DNA of 63,861 bases, filler included, from Octopus bimaculoides (GCF_001194135.2; 7 parts of 6 records of this genome joined end to end with filler, not necessarily neighbours in it), one strand, 5' to 3'; shown: positions 50,395-61,746, numbered from the whole stretch's first letter. The notes: generated by a model not told the origin, from the letters alone. Translations and numbers: made by a program.

Positions 50395-51265
50395 CTGCCA
50401 GTAACAGCAACCAAATATATCTGAAACATATAACCAAAAGAACACATCTTTTTCATAGCTCGAAATATTTCTAATCAGTGGTTCTGCTTACTGGACGTCG
50501 ACCTAGGGTTAAATAACAACGACGACACAAGTAGAAAACAAGTACTGCAATTACCACATTAGTCGCTTTGCCGGCTAGAAATAACGACCAATTCTCCCTC
50601 AGATCTCACCCCACAGGATTGTTTTTTTGTTGTTTTTTTTAAGAAAGGGATGGGTGGAAGGAGACATTTTGATGGTGTAATCGTTGCGCACCTAGAAATA
50701 ACAGCCAAATACCCATAAAAAAAGGAAGGACGCATTTGGTAATTTCAGTTTCGTCGTTTCGTTCTTCTAAAAAAAAAAAAAAAAGACGGGGGTTAAAACA
50801 TTAACAAGTGTTAATCGACCCTGCTAAAAGTAGCAGCCAAATCCTCCTTCGTCACATGTTACTACGTCTGACAAAAGAAAACAAAGGAAGAACGTTTCGT
50901 GTTAATGTAGTCATGGATATAATATATACAGTATGTCAGGAAGAATATACTGGATGGTCACAATTGGAACGTCTTCGATCATAGATGTTGCTCGAGCAGA
51001 ATATATATATATATATAATGAGGTAATTATCTTATTTATTTGCATCACTAAAACACTTTGTTGTTATTGATGATGATAATGATGATGTTGTTTAACCCTG
51101 GGCCAACCCCTGGTGCAGTAGATCTCTCCCCCCTCCCAACTCTCAAGCCTCTGTTGTCTAAATTCTTGGCATTGGTCACCACAAGTTATTTCCCGATGTG
51201 CGTTTTTTTTTTCAGGGAAATTTAGCTGCTATTTCTTGCAGGACAAAGAACCACATAGAGGCTCC
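50395..51265. repeat. Cluster of degenerate short dispersed repeats (family H)
   Basis: CTAGAAATAGCAGCCAAATC-like motif at about 50400, 50575, 50692, 50822 (plus) and 51225 (minus); related copies at about 3885, 5015 and 49463. Confidence 0.6.
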
Positions 51266-52244
51266 TTTGTTGGATCTCTATGTTACGGCCAAAGTATGTC
51301 TTATGAGTTAAGGTGGCGCTCCAGCCGTGATCGTCCCATGTTTTGGTCAGTATGTTAGGATTACATCATCCAGTCCGAGAGGCTCTTTTCATTTTGTGTA
51401 CACACGTGTTCTGTGTTCTTCCGTTCAACACACACACACACACACGCTGTACACAATGATTTTATTTTGTAGACGTATAGCTAACAAATCTTTGTGTCTA
51501 TGTGTACCTAGGGATGAATCGTTTATGGTACAGTAATGTGTGCGTGTTTACATGTGTCTATTTGTGTATGTGCGAATGTGTATACATATGCATGTTGTGT
51601 GTCAGGATGTGTATATGCACACACAAATATACACCGAAATATTGCCACACACACACATACATATATATATACACACATACATACACACGCACATATATAC
51701 ACACATCCATACATACACACACATACATACATACACATACCCCGAAATGTTGCCACACACGCACACAAATATATACACGTACATACACACACCGAAATAT
51801 TGCCACACACACACACATATAAACTCGCATACATGCATACATACATACATCGATATATTGCCACACACACATNNNNNNNNNNNNNNNNNNNNNNNNNNNN
51901 NNNNNNNNNNNNNNNNNNNNNNNNNNNNNNNNNNNNNNNNNNNNNNNNNNNNNNNNNNNNNNNNNNNNNNNNNNNNNNNNNNNNNNNNNNNNNNNNNNNN
52001 NNNNNNNNNNNNNNNNNNNNNNNNNNNNNNNNNNNNNNNNNNNNNNNNNNNNNNNNNNNNNNNNNNNNNNNNNNNNNNNNNNNNNNNNNNNNNNNNNNNN
52101 NNNNNNNNNNNNNNNNNNNNNNNNNNNNNNNNNNNNNNNNNNNNNNNNNNNNNNNNNNNNNNNNNNNNNNNNNNNNNNNNNNNNNNNNNNNNNNNNNNNN
52201 NNNNNNNNNNNNNNNNNNNNNNNNNNNNNNNNNNNNNNNNNNNN

Positions 52245-52280
<36 letters not shown>

Positions 52281-52903
52281 GTTTGTTTTTATGTTCAGTT
52301 ATAATAGATAAAAGCAATTTCACATTAATCTGACGGATTACACCATACTTTGTTGAACACAAATTTATTGATGGTGTGTTAATATATATATATATATAAT
52401 GTGTGTGTGTGTCCCCCCGTTCTATGTATAATTAGTTTTATACAATCAAAAGTACTGTCTGTGGAGTACGAAATATATTTTCCTCGTGAAACACACACAC
52501 ACACATTCATTTATGCACACGCACACTCATGCACACAAAAGGCGTATATAAATGAAAATATTTCCTCTCAGATATATTTCGGCGTAATTACTGAACAAGT
52601 TGATTCAGCAATTCCTATATATGCACGTACACACGCACACACACACAAACGGTTACATGTCCGTACAATCGCACATACACAAGCACACACACACACACAC
52701 ACACATATATGCAGACATACTTATACATACGTACGGAAGCAAACACATACGCACACGCTAAAACATTTGTTCCAGTTCAGAATTCTTCAAGTTCTCCCCC
52801 TCCCACGAAACATTTTTTATTCTGCCCTTTTAAGAAAAAATGCGGTCGTCTGATTTTTGTTTTGGATAGCAGAGATTCAGAATCTACCAAAACAAACAAA
52901 AAG

Positions 52904-52937
<34 letters not shown>

Positions 52938-53084
52938 TAATAATAATATATTTCTTTTATTTGCCACTAGGGCGAAGAATGATGGAGACAATACAATGAC
53001 AGACATAAAGTATAGGATTTTACGTCTAATGAAATGATTGAAAAAAAAAAAACAAAGGAAAAGTATACATTGTATACAATAAGA

Positions 53085-53170
53085 CAGGGGTTTTCAAACT
53101 GTGGTCCATGGACCACAGTGGACCACAGGGGGTCCGTGGACAGCAAATACTTTTTATGGGCAATTTGATT
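53085..53170 (+). mobile_element. Left end of a hAT (Charlie-like) element
   Basis: CAGGGGTTTTCAAACTGTGGTCCATGGACC...GGGGGTCCGTGG; truncated by SINE B at 53180-53285. Confidence 0.55.
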
Positions 53171-53544
53171 TTATAGATGTTTTCTAATCGAGGCTATAGT
53201 AGAAGACACTGGCCCAAGATGCCATGCAGTTGGACTGAACCCGGAACCATGTGGCTGGGAAGCAATCTTCTTACCACACAGCTACTTAACATAGTTAAAT
53301 CCTAGCGAATAGCTGTGAATGTTACTTTTATTTTTTCCCATTTTCATGTTGTATAAATTTATATATATATAAGGTTTTAGAAGGGTATTGGATTCAACCA
53401 AACCCAAAGATACAGGTAATATTGAGTAAGGGCTGTATACCGGCTAGTTTTGCCCCTGAGTGGGGATTATAACATAGGTCGTGTGTATGCATAAAGAGAG
53501 AAAAAAGAACAATGGCAAAGTTAGAAATATATTTTATGGATAAA

Positions 53545-53593
53545 GTCTTACTGCTGTTTCAGGGAAAATCCAATGTATCCCTTCATCAGAGAC
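53545..53593 (-). ncRNA. Minimal type I hammerhead ribozyme motif (Penelope-type), nearly intact
   Basis: Minus strand: GTCT-CTGATGA-AGGGA-(12 nt)-TCCCT-GAAA-C-AGCA-G-TA-AGAC. Perfect 4-bp stem I, perfect 5-bp stem II, full catalytic core, GUA cleavage triplet. Confidence 0.8.
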
Positions 53594-53774
53594 GGTAATA
53601 GTAGAGGAATGGATTATTACATCTATAAGAGGAGAGTTGTAGTAGGAAGTGAGAGCGATGCGCTGAAAAAAAGAAAGAAGAAGCAGTACTTGGAGTGTAG
53701 CTTCATTCCAGTAGTAAACATCCATGTAAATAATCCTTGTCGGTATTTTCCGGAGAAAAATTGCAGTAGCAAAG
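53563..53774 (+). CDS. Candidate coding exon (possibly exonised antisense Penelope sequence)
   Basis: CTGTTTCAG acceptor; open frame ENPMYPFIRDGNSRGMDYYIYKRR...CSSK, phase 2 in and phase 1 out, compatible with 39390 and 53943; donor AAG|GTGGAT is weak. Confidence 0.4.
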
Positions 53775-53942
53775 GTGGATATATGTCATATTGTGTCCGG
53801 AGTATACTGTGCGTTGTTAACTCAATGACAAACTGTCTTTTGTGAATATGTATATATGGGGAGAGAGAGAGAGAGAGGGACATGCATGTATGCATACAAC
53901 TGAGATTGGTGGTGATGATGATAATGGTGTTTTCTCTTTCAG

Positions 53943-54508
53943 CTGTGCAAGAGTGGATGATTAGACGCCGTTTACAAAAGGAGAGACAAGAACAGTTGGA
54001 ACAGTTACAATCCATGATGGCCAACACCTCTGAACTCACAAACAACTTCTGCCAGAGCAGTTACTGCAACCAGATGGCAGGAGGCAAATCTCCTGAAAAC
54101 GGACAGAATAGAATCGAAGAACGTGGTGAAGACCTATTTCAAAATAACAATCATAGTAGTAGTGGTGGTGATGATGGCGGTGGTGGTGGTGGTGGTGGTG
54201 GTGGTGGTAGTAGCCGTACCAATAATAATAGTAGTAATAATAATTCTACCGGCAACAGAGTGTTCTGGAAGAGTTTCACATCGCATCAGAATCCTTCTTC
54301 TGTATTCACAAAAGACAGTTTGTCGTTGGAAACTGACACTACTACACTCAGCCAACCGAGTCGCCACCAAACCTGCTCCTCCCCTTGTGTGACGCCTGAC
54401 CCCTCTGAACCTCCCATAAAACGGTTGAAGATGTCCTGCGAGCAGTTCACATCTCTACAGAATGTTAGTATTGGCGATGGTGTGGTCAGCAGAAGAAAAT
54501 TACCAAAA
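53943..54508 (+). CDS. Internal coding exon, low-complexity/disordered protein region with NLS-like PPIKRLK
   Basis: TTTTCTCTTTCAG acceptor; 566-nt exon, open throughout (AVQEWMIRRRLQKERQEQLEQLQ...RRKLPK); AAA|GTGAGT donor in phase 0. Confidence 0.8.
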
Positions 54509-54533
54509 GTGAGTCTCAGACCATTTTATTTTA

Positions 54534-55072
54534 CGAGGGTGAGTCAAAGAGTAATGCCATTTTGTTATAGGACAGGTATAATTACCAACACAGGAACATG
54601 TATCATACATCAAAATGAAGCTGGTCGTCTGTGGATCGCATCCCTACTTTTCAACATAGTCACCGTTTCTCTCAATAGCTTCGAATGAGAGCATGTATCC
54701 CTGCCCCGTATAATTCTGCTGACTGTTGTTTGAGCCAATTCTTCACTACAGTTTTCACTTCCTCGTCACTGGCCTATCATCTCTTCGGCCCCATGAAAGA
54801 GGGTCTGAGAGGCAAACATTATTCCAGAGACGAGGTAGTGAAAATTGTAGTGAAGAATTGGCTCAAAGAGCAGTCAACAGAATTTTATGGGGCAGGGATA
54901 CATGCTCTCATTCGAAGGTGGAACATTGCTATTGAGAGAAACGGTGACTATGTTGAGAAGTAGGGATGTGATCCACAGAGGACCAGCTTCATTTTGATGT
55001 ACGATACATGTTCCCATGTTGGTAATTACACCTGTCCTAACCCAAATGGCATTACTTTTTGACTCACCCTCG
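54534..55072 (+). mobile_element. Internally deleted mariner, 539 bp
   Basis: TIRs CGAGGGTGAGTCAAAGAGTAATGCCATTT / AAATGGCATTACTTTTTGACTCACCCTCG with TA on both sides; internal YHLFGPMKEGLRG...RRWNIAIERNGDYVEK*. Confidence 0.95.
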
Positions 55073-55107
55073 TATTTTTTATTCCATTCTTCATTCTCTA
55101 CTCTCTA

Positions 55108-55772
55108 CAGGTTGGTATCAAAAGGGTTAAGAATTGTTTCTCTATTATATATTTTAACCCTTTTGTTACCATATTTCTGTTGAGATGCTCTGTGTTTCTT
55201 TCAATTGATTTTAAATATAACAAAGAACTTAGTAAAATAACTTAGTTATCGTTCAGCTAGTGTTAGGAACAAAAATTGTGACTAAGGTTTGGTGGAAGAT
55301 TTTAATTCAGAACTTATGAAAACAAGACATTTGTACTACAGACAGAGCCAAAAGCAGTTTCAACCAGGTTGGTATCAAAAGGGTTAAGAATTGTTTCTCT
55401 ATTATATATTTTAACCGTTTTGTTACCATATTTNNNNNNNNNNCATTAAGCTAGTGTTAAGAACATAAATTGTGACTAAGGTTTGGTGGAAGATTTTAAT
55501 TCAAATCTTATGAAAACAAGACATTTGTACTCAGAGCCAGAGGTGGTTTCAACCAGGTTGGCATCAAAAGGGTTAAGAATTGTTTCTCTATTATATATTT
55601 TAATCCTTTTGTTACCATATTTCTGTTGAGATGCTCTGTGTTTCTTTCAATTAATTTTACATATAACAAAGAATTTGGTAAAATAACTTAGTTATCATTC
55701 AGCTAGTGTTAGGAACATAAATTCTGACTAAGGTTTGGTGGAAGATTTTAATTCAAAACTTATGAAAACAGT
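55108..55772. mobile_element. Tandem array of piggyBac-type MITEs, 257-bp period
   Basis: TTAA-CCCTTTTGTTACC...GGTATCAAAAGGG-TTAA at 55158-55383; further copies at 55415-55572 and 55604-55772; lone right end at 55108-55130; the same spacer is repeated between copies. Confidence 0.85.
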
Positions 55773-55789
55773 GGCATGTAGAAAGCATT

Positions 55790-56095
55790 CTTTGAACGTT
55801 GGGCCTCACAGAAGCAGTGACAAATGACCAAGACCTTCGGCAATATACCGTGCTTGAGAAGACCTGTCAAGCCAAATGAGATCATAGTCGTGGCCAATGC
55901 TGGTGTTTCGTAACTGACATGTAAGAAGCATCCATTACACTCTTGGGAGTGGTTGGCATTAGGAAGGGCATCCAGCTGTAGAAACCATCCGAAATCAGAT
56001 TGGAGCCTGGTGCGGCTCTCCGGCTTAACATTTTCAGTCAGACCATCCAACCCATGCCAGCATGGAAAGCAGATGCTAAATGATGATGATGATGA
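55790..56095 (+). mobile_element. Retroposon family C
   Basis: Same body and (GAT)n tail as 48325-48541. Confidence 0.8.
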
Positions 56096-56394
56096 GAAGG
56101 ATGATGGTACAAACACCTTGTTGAAATCTTGAAGCTACAAGATAATACGGGGTTGTTGGCAGGAGGATGGTGGTGATATTTATGGCCGCATCAGTGAGAA
56201 TGATGGTGATGGTAGCATTATTGGTGGTGGTGGTGGTGGTTTTGCCATGGTGTTGGTGGTGATAATGGGTGTGGAGATGCTGTTGGTGGTGATGGTATTG
56301 ATGTTGAGGATGATGAATATATATAATCATCTCACCGTTTCACTTTTTTTATTCTTTTACCCTTTTAATTTTTTTTTTTTTTTTTTTTTTCCAG

Positions 56395-56502
56395 TCTGGA
56401 CTCCGGTTCCACACACGACCCAGCCTCTTGAAAAACGCCCACGTTGTAAACCAGAACGACATACAGTGCAGTATCACAGATATCTTACCTGACGATTCCT
56501 AA
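56395..56502 (+). CDS. Candidate terminal coding exon of the plus-strand gene
   Basis: Poly-T plus CCAG acceptor; the phase-0 frame continuing from 54508 gives SGLRFHTRPSLLKNAHVVNQNDIQCSITDILPDDS*. Confidence 0.55.
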   Translation, partial: SGLRFHTRPSLLKNAHVVNQNDIQCSITDILPDDS

Positions 56503-56634
56503 ACCATGTGAATGTTAATCTCTGTCAGGCAACTTTGCCGTCTCTGCAAGCCAACAAAAAAAAAAAATGGGCCCCCTCAGAAGGACAATGAGAAAAGCCT
56601 TTTGCGCCACCCAGAAACCCTCTTTCATCATCAT

Positions 56635-56760
56635 CATCATCATCACCATCACCATCATTTTAACGTCCACTTTACCATGCTTGCATAGGGTGAACGGAAT
56701 TTGTTGAGGCAGGTTTTCTACAGCCAGATGCCCTTCCTGTCACCAACATTTACCCGCTCC
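56635..56760 (-). mobile_element. Retroposon family C, 3' part
   Basis: (CAT)n followed by TTTAACGTCCACTTTACCATGC...GATGCCCTTCCTG. Confidence 0.75.
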
Positions 56761-56899
56761 CAAACAGCATAATATTTCCCCGTGAAAAGGCATGTTTACG
56801 TATAGATATTGGAGGTGAATGATATTCATTTACAATACAAACATGATGTCGAGATGTGGAGACACAGGCATATGCGCATACACACACACACATTATATG

Positions 56900-56952
<53 letters not shown>

Positions 56953-57539
56953 TTAAAGAAAGAAAAAGAATGACTTCACTGGTAGTTCTAATCAGTTTAA
57001 TTCATTATTTTTTAAATTCAACTTTACAATGAAAGTAAACAAACAAAGTTTGTTCTTTTTTAGAAGCGTTGAGATGTATTGTAAGATACAGAAATAAATT
57101 TATTTCCCAAACGCGTGATAATGCTATAAATAGCGTGATGAGGATAAATTATCCATATAATGCAGAAAAATACGTTGCCGGCCAGCCATTTTTTTAATAA
57201 TATAAATTTTAGTTCGTAGATCTATGAACTAAAATTTATGTTATTGAACATATTAATTGTAAGATTATTTGGTAAAAACCTAATTTTACACAGCGACATT
57301 TCAATATATTGATGCCAAAACCATAACATACTGCTTATGACTGATACGAAACTATTTTAAAATGTTGAAATTTAAATATAAACCCCCTTTCATAATTTTA
57401 TGCCAGAGCCTTTCTTTCAAATTATACACCAGACTCCAGCTTCATGTACTGATCTGTGTGTGTGTGTGTGTGTGTTTTGTTATGCTAATGTTTATATATC
57501 GTTTAACTTACATTCTCAACACTGTCTTAATATACTCTT

Positions 57540-57945
57540 TTTACTCTTTTACTTGTTTCAGTCATTTGACTGTGGCCATGCTGGAGCACCGCCTTTAGTC
57601 GAGCAAATCGACCCCACAGGACTTATTCTTTGGAAGCCTAGTACTTATTCTATCGGTCTCTCTTTTGCCGAACCGCTAAGTTACGGGGATGTAAATACAC
57701 CAGCATCGGTTGTCGAGCGATGTTGGGGAGGTGGGGTGGGGACAAACACAGACACACACGCATATAAATATATATACATATATATACGACGGGCTTCTTT
57801 CACTTTCCGTCTACCAAATCCACTGACAAGGCTTTGGTCGGCCCGGGGCTATAGTAGAAGACACTTGCCCAAGGTGCCACGCAGTGGGACTGAACCCATT
57901 AACCCATGTGGTTGGTAAGCAAGCTACTTACCACACAGCCACTTC
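57540..57945 (-). mobile_element. SINE family B, full length
   Basis: Complete reverse complement of the family B structure. Confidence 0.92.
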
Positions 57946-58261
57946 TATGTTTATATATTTTTTAACTTACATTCTTAACACTGTCTTAATATACCAATAT
58001 ATATTTTGTCTTTTGTTATGTTCCAAACACCATCTTAATTTACCAATATATATTTGTCGTTTTGTATCTTGGAAGGCTAGAACAAGTCTAGCTTTGCAGT
58101 TATTTCTAGGGTTAGACTTAAATATGCAGTTCCTACAAGAACATCTAGTCCTCCTAACAGGTATGTCTTACATAACTGTGATCGAATGCTTCTCCCTGAT
58201 TTCTCTATGATCTTGATGTTAAGTTTAGCACCCTTAAGAACCTGTCTAAATCTTTGAGGTC

Positions 58262-58420
58262 TTTACTGTATCTTGTAGCTTCAAGATTTTAGCGATGTGA
58301 TTGTTTATGTCTTAGAATGACATTGTAGGGTTGGTGTGAAGGGAAAGAACTGGCCAGTTTGAGCATAAAACATAGAATATTTGAGCCGGATATGGCTGGT
58401 TTAAATGCTAAACAGTTAAA
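58262..58420 (-). mobile_element. Fragment of a second TTAA-ended MITE family
   Basis: AGAATATTTGAGCCGGATATGGCTGGTTTAAATGCTAAA is shared with 19655-19705; 58265-58290 matches approximately 56120-56147 in reverse. Confidence 0.5.
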
Positions 58421-59039
58421 TATCGATCAAAAAACAGAATTGGTATTTTCTGCAAGTACTGCTGCCTCAGTAAACTTGGCCTATTTCAACAGAAAATAGT
58501 TCCAAACATGATATTCGTATAATAAACTGCTTTCCATAATTAAAGGTAATGAAATTTGGAATGAATATTAACTGATTTCTGCTGTAAAAGGGTTAATATA
58601 TTTATCTTTTGTTAAATTATATTCCAAAACAAAAAAATATATATATAGCTTTTACACTACAAATTTATTTTATTTAAATTTATCCTTTGTTACATTTTTT
58701 TTTTTTTTTGTAATTAATGGTCCTAAATAGATTAAGTAATTTTTCTGAACAATTAAATAGTCTTATTGAATGAAATGGTGCCAAAAATATTTTAAGATAT
58801 AATTAAAACAGAATTATCACAACTTAAATAATATTTTTTCTTGTGTTTTCTTATTCCTGTTTAAATTTGTTTTCTCTTTTAATTCCTGAAACAAATAACT
58901 TTGGGGAGATTTTCTACTATTCATGTTGGGGCTGTCATGCTTGCTGTAGGTGAGAATGGCAGTTCTGGCAGTGGTGTGAGGGTGTTGTTGCTGGTGGTGG
59001 TGGTGGTGGTGGTGGTGGAAGTGCCAATGGAGTCATTGT

Positions 59040-59235
59040 GGTAGTGGTGGTTGCCAGTACCACCTGACTGGCCCATGTGACGATAGCACATAAAAAGCAC
59101 CCACTACACTCTCAGAGTGGTTGGCGTTAGGAAGGCCATCCAGCTGTAGAAACTCTGCCAGATCAGATTGGAGCCTGGTGCAGCCATCTGGCTCGCCAGT
59201 CCTCAGCATGGAAAGCGGACGTTAAACGATGATAA
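59040..59235 (+). mobile_element. Retroposon family C
   Basis: Shared body and tail. Confidence 0.8.
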
Positions 59236-59372
59236 TGACATATAGCCTTTTTATGAAGTCTGCATTGTGTTGACAGAGTTGCACTTAAAATTTCTGAAAT
59301 TTTAATCAAAACTTGTTAGTTACTATGGTGAAAACACTATCTTTCTTTCACACACACACACTCCCTCTCTTT

Positions 59373-59405
<33 letters not shown>

Positions 59406-60038
59406 ATTTCTTTCTCAACAACTTTTTCTTCTCCTCTTCTAAAAATACATTATGACATATTTAGATTCCTCCCCTTCTTTCCCTCTCTCAAACATGTGAC
59501 AGGCAGACGGACGGAGATACATTTCTCTCTCATAATATAAGATTACCACTACTGCTTGACAACAGGTGTTGGTTTGTTTACATCCCTGTAAATCAGCACA
59601 GTTTAACAAAAACAAACAAACTGAAACAACTACCAGACTTTGGGGGGAAAAACTAATACACACTGGGGTTGATTTGTTTGACTAAAGCCCTTCGAGGTAA
59701 TGCTCCAGCATGACCACAGTCCGATAATTAGTAAAAGAAATGACAAAACAGAGCTTCATTAATTAAAATTTATTATTAAAACACATACATATATATATAC
59801 ATATATATACAAACACACATGCAGATGACACAGATGCATATACATATGTATATATACACATATATATATTTCCAGTTACATCCACGACTCTGATTTGTTG
59901 TCTATTGTTACCATTTGTACATCACTGTGGATAGCACTTCTGGAACTGCCCTCTGTCATGCTAGTGATGCTGAGGCTCTCGTCTGTGACCTCTTCGGGTT
60001 GCTGGTAGCAAGTTTTCCCAGGGTGTGGTGAGGCAGTT

Positions 60039-60065
60039 TCAACATAACTCACCTTTAATTTGGAA
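60039..60065 (-). CDS. Candidate last coding exon of a minus-strand gene (FQIKGELC*)
   Basis: Long T tract plus TGCAG acceptor; frame set by the upstream exons. An AAG|GTGAGT donor after 13 nt is an alternative. Confidence 0.5.
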   Translation of the reverse strand, partial: FQIKGELC

Positions 60066-60135
60066 CTGCAAAAAAAAAAAAAAAAAAAAAAAAAAAGAAA
60101 AACCAAGTTAGAATCATCAACCTGCCTTGACTTAC

Positions 60136-60178
60136 CTTGAAAAAGGACATGTTGGGTAATGTTGTCCTTGCCTGCTCG
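60136..60178 (-). CDS. 43-nt exon (EQARTTLPNMSFFK)
   Basis: T tract plus GTCTAG acceptor and AAG|GTAAGT donor; 70-nt downstream intron. Confidence 0.7.
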
Positions 60179-60238
60179 CTAGACAAAAAAAAAAAAAAAA
60201 ATTGATGGGACTGTCATGTTTGGATTACCTTTGCTCAC

Positions 60239-60279
60239 AGATCTAGTTGGTCAGTAATGTCGCTGTGCTCAAAGATGGA
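60239..60279 (-). CDS. 41-nt exon (SIFEHSDITDQLDL)
   Basis: GGTTTCAG acceptor and CT|GTGAGC donor; only phase 0 is open and it joins the next exon in frame across a 60-nt intron. Confidence 0.6.
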
Positions 60280-60404
60280 CTGAAACCACTAAAAGGGTAC
60301 ACACATATATTTAAGCATATATATAATGTGTGTGTGTGTGTGTGTGTGTATATACATGTATGTATGTATAAATTATATATATATATCTGTATATATATGT
60401 AAGG

Positions 60405-60935
60405 AACACGTAAAAGCACCCACTACACTCTCTGAGTGGTTGGCGTTAGGAAGGGCATCCAGCTGTAGAAACTCTGCCAAATTAGATTGGAGCCTGGTGT
60501 TACCATCCGGTTTCACCAGTCCTCAGTCAAATCGTCCAACCCATGCTAGCATGGAAAGCAGACGTTAAACGATGATGATGATGATGATGACGATGATATA
60601 TATATATATATAGTCGCCTTCCTGGCACGTGAAAAGACATTCGAGCGAGATCATTGCCAGTGCCGCTGGACTGGCTCTTGTGCAGGTGGCATGTAAAATA
60701 CACCATTTTGAGCATGGCCGTTGCCAGTACCGCCTGACTGGCCTTTGTGCCGGTGGCACGTAAAAGCACCCGCTGCACTCTCGGAGTGGTTGGCGTTAGG
60801 AAGGGCATCCAGCTGTAGCAACTCTGCCAGATCAGATTGGAGCCTGGTGTAGCCATTCGGTTGCACCAGTCCTCAGTCAAATCGTCCAACCCATGCTAGC
60901 ATGGAAAGCGGACGTTAAACGATGATGATGATGAT
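60405..60935 (+). mobile_element. Two tandem copies of retroposon family C
   Basis: Copies at 60405-60595 and 60612-60935, each ending in (GAT)n. Confidence 0.85.
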
Positions 60936-61039
60936 ATATACTATCAAAATAAACATGATTATATATATATACACAGAAGATGTATTTAAGAATTCACAAA
61001 AAATTGGAGAGTAACTGGCCTGTCTTTCTGACATTATTG

Positions 61040-61205
61040 GCACAGGTGTGGCTGTGTGGTAAGAAGCTGGCTTCCCAAACACATAGTTCCGGGTTCAGTC
61101 CCTCTGTGTGACACCTTGGGCAAGTGTCTTCTACTATAGCCTCGGGCCGACCAAAGCCTTGTGAGTGGATTTGGTAGACGGAAACTGAAAGAAGCCTGTC
61201 GTACA
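61040..61205 (+). mobile_element. SINE family B, 5' half
   Basis: GGCACAGGTGTGGCTGTGTGGTAAG head, GGGTTCAGTCCC B-box, ACCTTGGGCAAGTGTC core. Confidence 0.9.
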
Positions 61206-61619
61206 TGTATGTATTTATATGTGTGTATATGACCTAAATTAAAATCTCATATCAATACCTTATGTTAATTTTTGCTCCAAACACCAGTTTACTTTACTAA
61301 ATGCTTCGTTATTTTCAAAAATTTATTAGAAGATAGCATATTTCAGTGGAAATATGGTAACGTTGGTTGGTCCTACAACAGCCTGCCCCACCTTGTCTTT
61401 CATCTCAGAGTGCATTGTGGGTAATCTAATGATACGTGTCTATAGATCTGTATTTATGCATGCAAGTGTGTGTGTGTATGTGAGGAATGTAATGTGTTAG
61501 TATGTGTGTGTTTGTGTGTGTAGGAGGTAGTACTTTTGATCTCGGACTTGATCTTCTTTTATGCGTTCTCTTCCCTCCTTATCTCCTTCTTCCAAGGAAC
61601 ACTTTACGGCACATCTCAC

Positions 61620-61723
61620 ACGGTGCCTTGTTTTTCTTTCTTCTTTATCTCTACGTCTTGCAGCATCATCTCTGCAAGCTGTGCTGCTGCACGATACAGA
61701 AGACCTCCTCTTCTGATTCATTT
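61620..61723 (-). CDS. Candidate coding exon (MNQKRRSSVSCSSTACRDDAARRRDKEERKTRHR)
   Basis: TTTTCTCCCCTATCTAG acceptor and CGT|GTGAGA donor in phase 0, compatible with 60279. Confidence 0.55.
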
Positions 61724-61746
61724 CTAGATAGGGGAGAAAAACATTT

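Noticed and set aside
51630-51872. Repeat-spacer pattern reminiscent of CRISPR
   Set aside because: Spacers are microsatellite, the context is eukaryotic and there are no cas genes.
53563-53620. FIRDGNSRG resemblance to CFAP299 (FIRDRNSHG)
   Set aside because: Flanking residues do not align in the same frame; too short to support a name.
58111-58160. Plus-strand exon-like VRLKYAVPTRTSSPPN with CAG|GTATGT
   Set aside because: Lies after the predicted stop at 56502 with no phase-compatible partner found; left unassigned.
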